From assembly GCA_032161105.1 (NCBI GenBank), contig JAVHTD010000001.1: a stretch of 64,000 nucleotides of DNA. One strand, given 5' to 3'. Both the position numbers and the translations under genes were made by a program. The notes beneath the pieces were generated by a model, which made no database searches, was not told where the DNA came from, and was given only the letters and a program-made list of their open reading frames with translations. Shown in pieces: positions 59,585-64,000 of this stretch; position 1 is the stretch's first letter; each line of letters starts with the position of its first letter. Source of the stretch: Candidatus Thermosaccharophagus tengchongensis. GTDB taxonomy: Bacteria; Armatimonadota; Fervidibacteria; Fervidibacterales; Thermosaccharophagaceae.

Positions 59585-60923
59585 AGCCGTTGCGAGGGCA
59601 TGGATGAATGGCTTCTCCGAGGGTGTGCCGAAAGGTGATGCAATCAAACGGCGCAAGCAGAGCGCTGCTTGGGGCTCATTTGACAATGCCATGCTTGTCC
59701 TATCGTTGGTGGCAGTGGCATTTGGGCTCCTCGCAATTTACAGCGCAAGTTACCCCACTGCCATAGCGCAAAATCGCGTTGGCTACTTTTATGTCGTCAG
59801 GCAGGCTTGCTATGCGTTATTTGGCGGCGCCATTATGATCGCAGTCATGTTTTGTTCTCCGAGGGCATTGCGCAGGCTCTCATTTTGGTTTTTGGTGGTT
59901 TGCGCAGGGGCGCTCATACTCACGCTGTTTTTGGCGCATGGCGAGGTCAAGCGCTGGGTAAGGATTGGTCCTATAACGCTGCAGGCATCGGAGTGGGCTA
60001 AGGTGGCGCTCATCTTGTATGGCGCAGAATTCCTCTCAAGGAGGCGCCGGAGCCGTGACGAAAGCTTCGTCAGAGCAGCATTGCCTTTGCTTTCCGTGAT
60101 TATGCTGTTTACCATCTTGGTTTGGGCACAGGCGCATCTGAGCGGAGCGCTGTTGGTTTTGATGTCGGGGGCGTTGGTCTGTTGGTTCGGCAACATGCGG
60201 CTTCGTCACCTCATTTACTGTGCAGCTATTGTTCTTTCAGTGATACTGCTCGCAGCCCCGCTGCTTGTCAGGCGATACCAATGGGAGCGCTTGATTGACC
60301 ATATCAATTCACGCAAGGATATGCTTGGGAAGGACTATCAGAGGTTTCACGCGCGTTCAGCATTCCTCAGGGGCGGCGTGTTTGGGTGCGGCTTTTGCAA
60401 GGGCGTGGAAAAACAACTTTACCTGCCGGCAGTGCTCACCGACTTCATCTTTTCGTCGATTGCCGAAGAGGGTGGGCTAATAGCCACATTGGCGATTGTC
60501 GTGTTCTATGGGTGGTTGGTGTGGTATGGGTTTAAGGTTGCAATGAGTTGCAGCAGCCGCTTTGGGATGGCTCTTTGTTCGTCCATCGTTACGCTCATTG
60601 CCATGCAGGCGGCATTGCACATAGCCATCAACATGGGCATACTGCCTACAACTGGCATACCATTGCCGTTAATAAGTTACGGTGGCAATTCCCTTGTGAC
60701 GACGCTGCTCGGGCTCGGGCTTCTGTTCAATATGTCCCTGCATAAGGATGTTCCCGATATGCCGCTGGAGGCGGTATCTCAGAATGCCGGGCACTCCAAC
60801 AGTGGTCATGGCAGCGGGCGGAACAGGTGGACATATATATCCAGCTGTAGCAGTCGCAGAGGAAATAGGGCGACGGCTCGCGTGCGCAAGGGTAGTGTTC
60901 GTTGGCGCATCGCTGGGTCTTGA
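59577..60923 (+). CDS. ftsW: SEDS peptidoglycan glycosyltransferase FtsW
   Basis: GL..IYSAS, RW..IG.I.LQ.SE..K, YLP...TDFIFS.I.EE.G, LPTTGIPLPLISYGG. Confidence 0.93.
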   Translation: MGEAVARAWMNGFSEGVPKGDAIKRRKQSAAWGSFDNAMLVLSLVAVAFGLLAIYSASYPTAIAQNRVGYFYVVRQACYALFGGAIMIAVMFCSPRALRRLSFWFLVVCAGALILTLFLAHGEVKRWVRIGPITLQASEWAKVALILYGAEFLSRRRRSRDESFVRAALPLLSVIMLFTILVWAQAHLSGALLVLMSGALVCWFGNMRLRHLIYCAAIVLSVILLAAPLLVRRYQWERLIDHINSRKDMLGKDYQRFHARSAFLRGGVFGCGFCKGVEKQLYLPAVLTDFIFSSIAEEGGLIATLAIVVFYGWLVWYGFKVAMSCSSRFGMALCSSIVTLIAMQAALHIAINMGILPTTGIPLPLISYGGNSLVTTLLGLGLLFNMSLHKDVPDMPLEAVSQNAGHSNSGHGSGRNRWTYISSCSSRRGNRATARVRKGSVRWRIAGS

Positions 60924-61902
60924 GAGGGATTTGGTGACGAAGTTCGGATATGAGTTGCACCTGCTATCGGTGCGCCCTTTCCCGAGGACTCTTTTCAACC
61001 CGGCATGCGCTGTTGCGGCTATCGCGGCGTTGGCTTCGTCCTTGAGGGCGGTGAAATTGCTCAAGTGGCTCAAGCCGGCTTGTGTGTTGAGCATCGGTGG
61101 ATATGCAAGCGTTCCCGTTGTGTGGGCGGCGCACATGCTCAGGATCCCAATCGTTATACTTGAACCAAACAGCATTCCCGGAAGGGCGAACAGGAGGTTC
61201 GCCAAATGGGCAGATGCGATATGCATCGCCTTCAAGAGCGCCAGCCGTTTCTTCAGGCAAGCGGTGATTCATACCGGCATGCCGGTGCGGCGACAGTTCA
61301 AACTGCTAACGAGGACTGAAGCGCGAGCTCGCCTTGGCATAGGCAATGATGCCTTCATGCTGCTTGTCTTTGGTGGGAGCAGGGGGGCGAGAAGGTTGAA
61401 CATATCGCTGTGGGAGACGCTTGAGAGCTTGCTTGCGGATGAGCCCAAACTCATCATCCATCACATCTGCGGAGCGCACAGCTGTGATGAGGCATCGGCT
61501 GTCGTTTCAAATCTGCCGGATGAGTATAGGCGGCGTTATTTCGTGCATCCATATTGCGATGACATGCCGACGCTCATACGCGCAAGTGACCTTGCAATAT
61601 CAAGGGCTGGCTCGGGCTCAATAGCTGAGTTACTCATCGCCGGTGTGCCGAGCATACTTGTGCCCTATCCATACGCCGTAGACAATCATCAGCTTTACAA
61701 TGCGCTTGAGGTTGCTGGAGCGGGCGCCGCGATCGTCATTCCCGATGGGGAGCTTGATGGGAGGCTGCTTTATCAACTCGTGAGGCAGCTTATCGGGTGC
61801 GAGAACTTGCTCAGGGGGATGCGAGAGGCTGCGCTCTCAATTGCGATGCCGAATGCGACTGAAATGGTGACCGACATCACATTGGGCGTTTCTCGGCTTT
61901 AG
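60784..61902 (+). CDS. murG: Lipid II GlcNAc transferase MurG
   Basis: AAGGTGGHIYPA, GGYAS.P, E.N..PG.AN, G.PVR, FGGSRGA, SRAG, ILVPYP....HQ..NA. Confidence 0.96.
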   Translation: MPGTPTVVMAAGGTGGHIYPAVAVAEEIGRRLACARVVFVGASLGLERDLVTKFGYELHLLSVRPFPRTLFNPACAVAAIAALASSLRAVKLLKWLKPACVLSIGGYASVPVVWAAHMLRIPIVILEPNSIPGRANRRFAKWADAICIAFKSASRFFRQAVIHTGMPVRRQFKLLTRTEARARLGIGNDAFMLLVFGGSRGARRLNISLWETLESLLADEPKLIIHHICGAHSCDEASAVVSNLPDEYRRRYFVHPYCDDMPTLIRASDLAISRAGSGSIAELLIAGVPSILVPYPYAVDNHQLYNALEVAGAGAAIVIPDGELDGRLLYQLVRQLIGCENLLRGMREAALSIAMPNATEMVTDITLGVSRL

Positions 61903-61919
61903 ACTCCGGGTGATTTGAA

Positions 61920-63299
61920 ATGAGCATTGCAGCATCGTCGTGGAAGCGAGTTCACTTTATCGGCATTGCTGGCGCCGGGATGAGCGCAGTAGCACAAGCG
62001 CTCGCCGAAGCCGGCTTCATTGTCACAGGTTGCGATGCTGACCCATCAGGGGCATCTGAAAAGCTATCAAGGCACGGGATAAAGGTTTACACGGGGCACG
62101 ATGTGAGCCATTTGCAAGATGCCGATATTGTGGTTGTGAGCAGCGCCATACGGAGCGACAATCACGAGCTTGCTGAAGCGAAGAGGCGTTCCATCCCGAT
62201 ATGGCACAGGGCAAAGATGCTCAGTTGGCTCATGGAGGGGAAAGAGGCGATAGCAGTTGCTGGCAGCCATGGTAAGAGTTCGGTCACAGCGATGCTCGGT
62301 GCAATACTTGAAGCTGCCGGGTTTGACCCGACCGTCTTAATTGGGGCTGACTTGGTTGCCCACGGGACGAATGCGCTCATCGGGAAAGGCAGGTGGCTCA
62401 TCGCCGAAGCCGATGAATCAGATGGCTCGTTTCTCATGCTCAAGCCGAAGCACGCCATCGTCACGAATGTTGAGCTTGATCACGCAAATCACTATCCCGA
62501 CATCGGGGCGCTTGTTGATGCCTTCACTGACTTCTTGAGGTTGGTATCGGACGATGGTGTTATCGCGATATGCGCTGATTGTCCAAATGCAATGACGCTC
62601 TCACATGTGCTGACAAGGGGAGTCATCACATTTGGCATCAGCCAAGATGCCGACTACAGAATTGCGGATTTGCAAATCATTGACGGTGCCGCATCATTCT
62701 GGCTATGTCATCGCGGCAGCGTCATCACGCAGGTCAGGTTGGGCGTCTTGGGCGCATTTCAAGCGCACAATGCCCTCGCAGCGTCGGCGATGGCACATGC
62801 CATTGGCGTTGAGCCGGAAGCTATATCTCACGGGTTGGCTTCATTCAAGGGCATCAAGCGCAGGTTTGAGCTCATCGGGAAGATGCGCAACAGGGATGTG
62901 CTCATCATTGATGACTATGCGCATCATCCATCAGAGGTGCGCGCTGCAATTCAATCTGCGCTTGCCATTCGCCACAAGCGTTGCTTGGTCATATTCCAAC
63001 CACATCGTTACACGCGCACATACGCCCTGCACAGTGAGTTTGGTCCGGCGTTTGCCGGCGCCGATAAGGTCTGGGTGACGGAAATTTACAGCGCTTGGGA
63101 AGAGCCAATTGAGGGCGTCTCTGGGAGGCTCATTTACGAATCCGTGAAGGAAGCGCTCCCGCAGGTTGATGTTCAATTCGCTGATAGCTTTGATTCGCTC
63201 ATTGAGCAAGTTGAGGCAGAAGCTGAGGATGGGGATATCCTGCTCGTGCTTGGTGCCGGCGACATTTACAAGGTGGCTTACAGGCTTTCAGGAATGTAA
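61920..63299 (+). CDS. murC: UDP-MurNAc:L-Ala ligase
   Basis: HFIGIAGAGMS, SSAI, AGSHGKSS, EADESDGSF, TNVELDH, RRFE, DDYAHHP.E, FQPHRYTRT, GAGDI. Confidence 0.97.
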   Translation: MSIAASSWKRVHFIGIAGAGMSAVAQALAEAGFIVTGCDADPSGASEKLSRHGIKVYTGHDVSHLQDADIVVVSSAIRSDNHELAEAKRRSIPIWHRAKMLSWLMEGKEAIAVAGSHGKSSVTAMLGAILEAAGFDPTVLIGADLVAHGTNALIGKGRWLIAEADESDGSFLMLKPKHAIVTNVELDHANHYPDIGALVDAFTDFLRLVSDDGVIAICADCPNAMTLSHVLTRGVITFGISQDADYRIADLQIIDGAASFWLCHRGSVITQVRLGVLGAFQAHNALAASAMAHAIGVEPEAISHGLASFKGIKRRFELIGKMRNRDVLIIDDYAHHPSEVRAAIQSALAIRHKRCLVIFQPHRYTRTYALHSEFGPAFAGADKVWVTEIYSAWEEPIEGVSGRLIYESVKEALPQVDVQFADSFDSLIEQVEAEAEDGDILLVLGAGDIYKVAYRLSGM

Positions 63300-63396
63300 G
63301 CTACAATTGCAAATTGTGTTATGGGACTTCACCGTTCCTAACGGCGGGTGTTGGGTGGAGGACGCGCGCGAACGGTGTGGAAGTGAGGGATGAAGG

Positions 63397-64000
63397 ATGG
63401 CACAAACAATTGAAGGGCAGAAGGTAAAGTCAAGGAGCTTGCTCACCGAGGAAATGAAGGAGGGGCTCAGGAAGCTGCTGCGCGCCGAGCCTCTATTTGA
63501 CGAACCCATGTCGTCGCACACAACGGTGAGGGTTGGCGGTCCAGCTGATGCCTTTGTGAGCGTATATAGCCTTGATGAGCTTCGCATGTTGCTCTCCTTC
63601 TTAAGGGAGCACCAACTGCCGCTGTTTGTTTTGGGTTGCGGAAGTAACATCATCGTGCGGGATGGCGGCATCAGGGGTGTTGTCGTTCGCCTAAACGGTG
63701 AGTTCACCAAGATCAGTTTTAATGGGACTGTGGTTAGGGCTGGTGCCGGCGCGTTGCTCAGCCATCTTATTAACGCAGCTGCGGATATGGGATTGAGCGG
63801 GCTTGAACCAGCTGTTGGTGTGCCGGGGACGGTCGGCGGTGCGGTCATATCCAATGCCGGCACGGCAACTGAGTATATCGGTGAGAGGGTGCTCTCTGTG
63901 AGTGTGCTCGCAGAAGATGGGACTCAATTTGAGGTTGATAGGGAAGCGCTCTCATTCGGTTACCGGCATAGCAATGTGCTTGACTTCGGGAAGCTTGTAA
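63397..64000 (+). CDS. murB: UDP-N-acetylenolpyruvoylglucosamine reductase (3' end runs off the window)
   Basis: Manual translation from ATG 63397 gives DEPMSSHTTVRVGGPAD, LGCGSNIIVRDGGIRG, GLSGLE..VGVPGTVGGAVISNAG, FGYRHS. Frame is open to the window end. Confidence 0.93.
   Translation, partial: MAQTIEGQKVKSRSLLTEEMKEGLRKLLRAEPLFDEPMSSHTTVRVGGPADAFVSVYSLDELRMLLSFLREHQLPLFVLGCGSNIIVRDGGIRGVVVRLNGEFTKISFNGTVVRAGAGALLSHLINAAADMGLSGLEPAVGVPGTVGGAVISNAGTATEYIGERVLSVSVLAEDGTQFEVDREALSFGYRHSNVLDFGKLV

Overview
Bacterial chromosomal window. It is most likely from an Armatimonadota-like diderm Terrabacterium. This is an inference from three signs: a DUF1559-type prepilin/H-X9-DG gene, a DnaK with the diderm-type N-terminal insert, and SepF plus DivIVA. 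From left to right: (1) minus-strand genes for a SpoIVB/S55 peptidase (partial), a CofE-like protein, an AcuC/HDAC-family deacetylase, a HAD phosphatase and a GT4; (2) a heat-shock operon dnaK-degP-dnaJ-hspR-htrA-clpB with no grpE; (3) a prepilin-type H-X9-DG gene followed by a degenerate second C-terminal cassette, then rtcA; (4) an accessory block, AT-richer from about 21 kb, holding a PHP metallohydrolase, an SBBP propeller, a Tat-exported sulfatase-fold protein with Thr at the catalytic position, a creatininase-like protein, a 1229-aa protein with a ligand-less PHP-like domain, an orphan gatB and a 1.26-kaa CBM-flanked protein; (5) yggS-sepF-proC-yggT-divIVA; (6) a GT-C glycosyltransferase, a histidine phosphatase, a parvulin foldase with zinc ribbon and TPRs, and a FecR-domain gene; (7) a split corrinoid-dependent methyltransferase (methionine-synthase-like) operon with a RACo/RamA activator but no B12-binding subunit; (8) the dcw cluster mraZ to murB (partial) with clear MraZ boxes. 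I found no rRNA, tRNA, CRISPR array or transposase. Everything was read by eye with no database searches. Some starts were moved from the ORF track to fit the recurring GGAGGTGA/GGGGTGA ribosome-binding sites.
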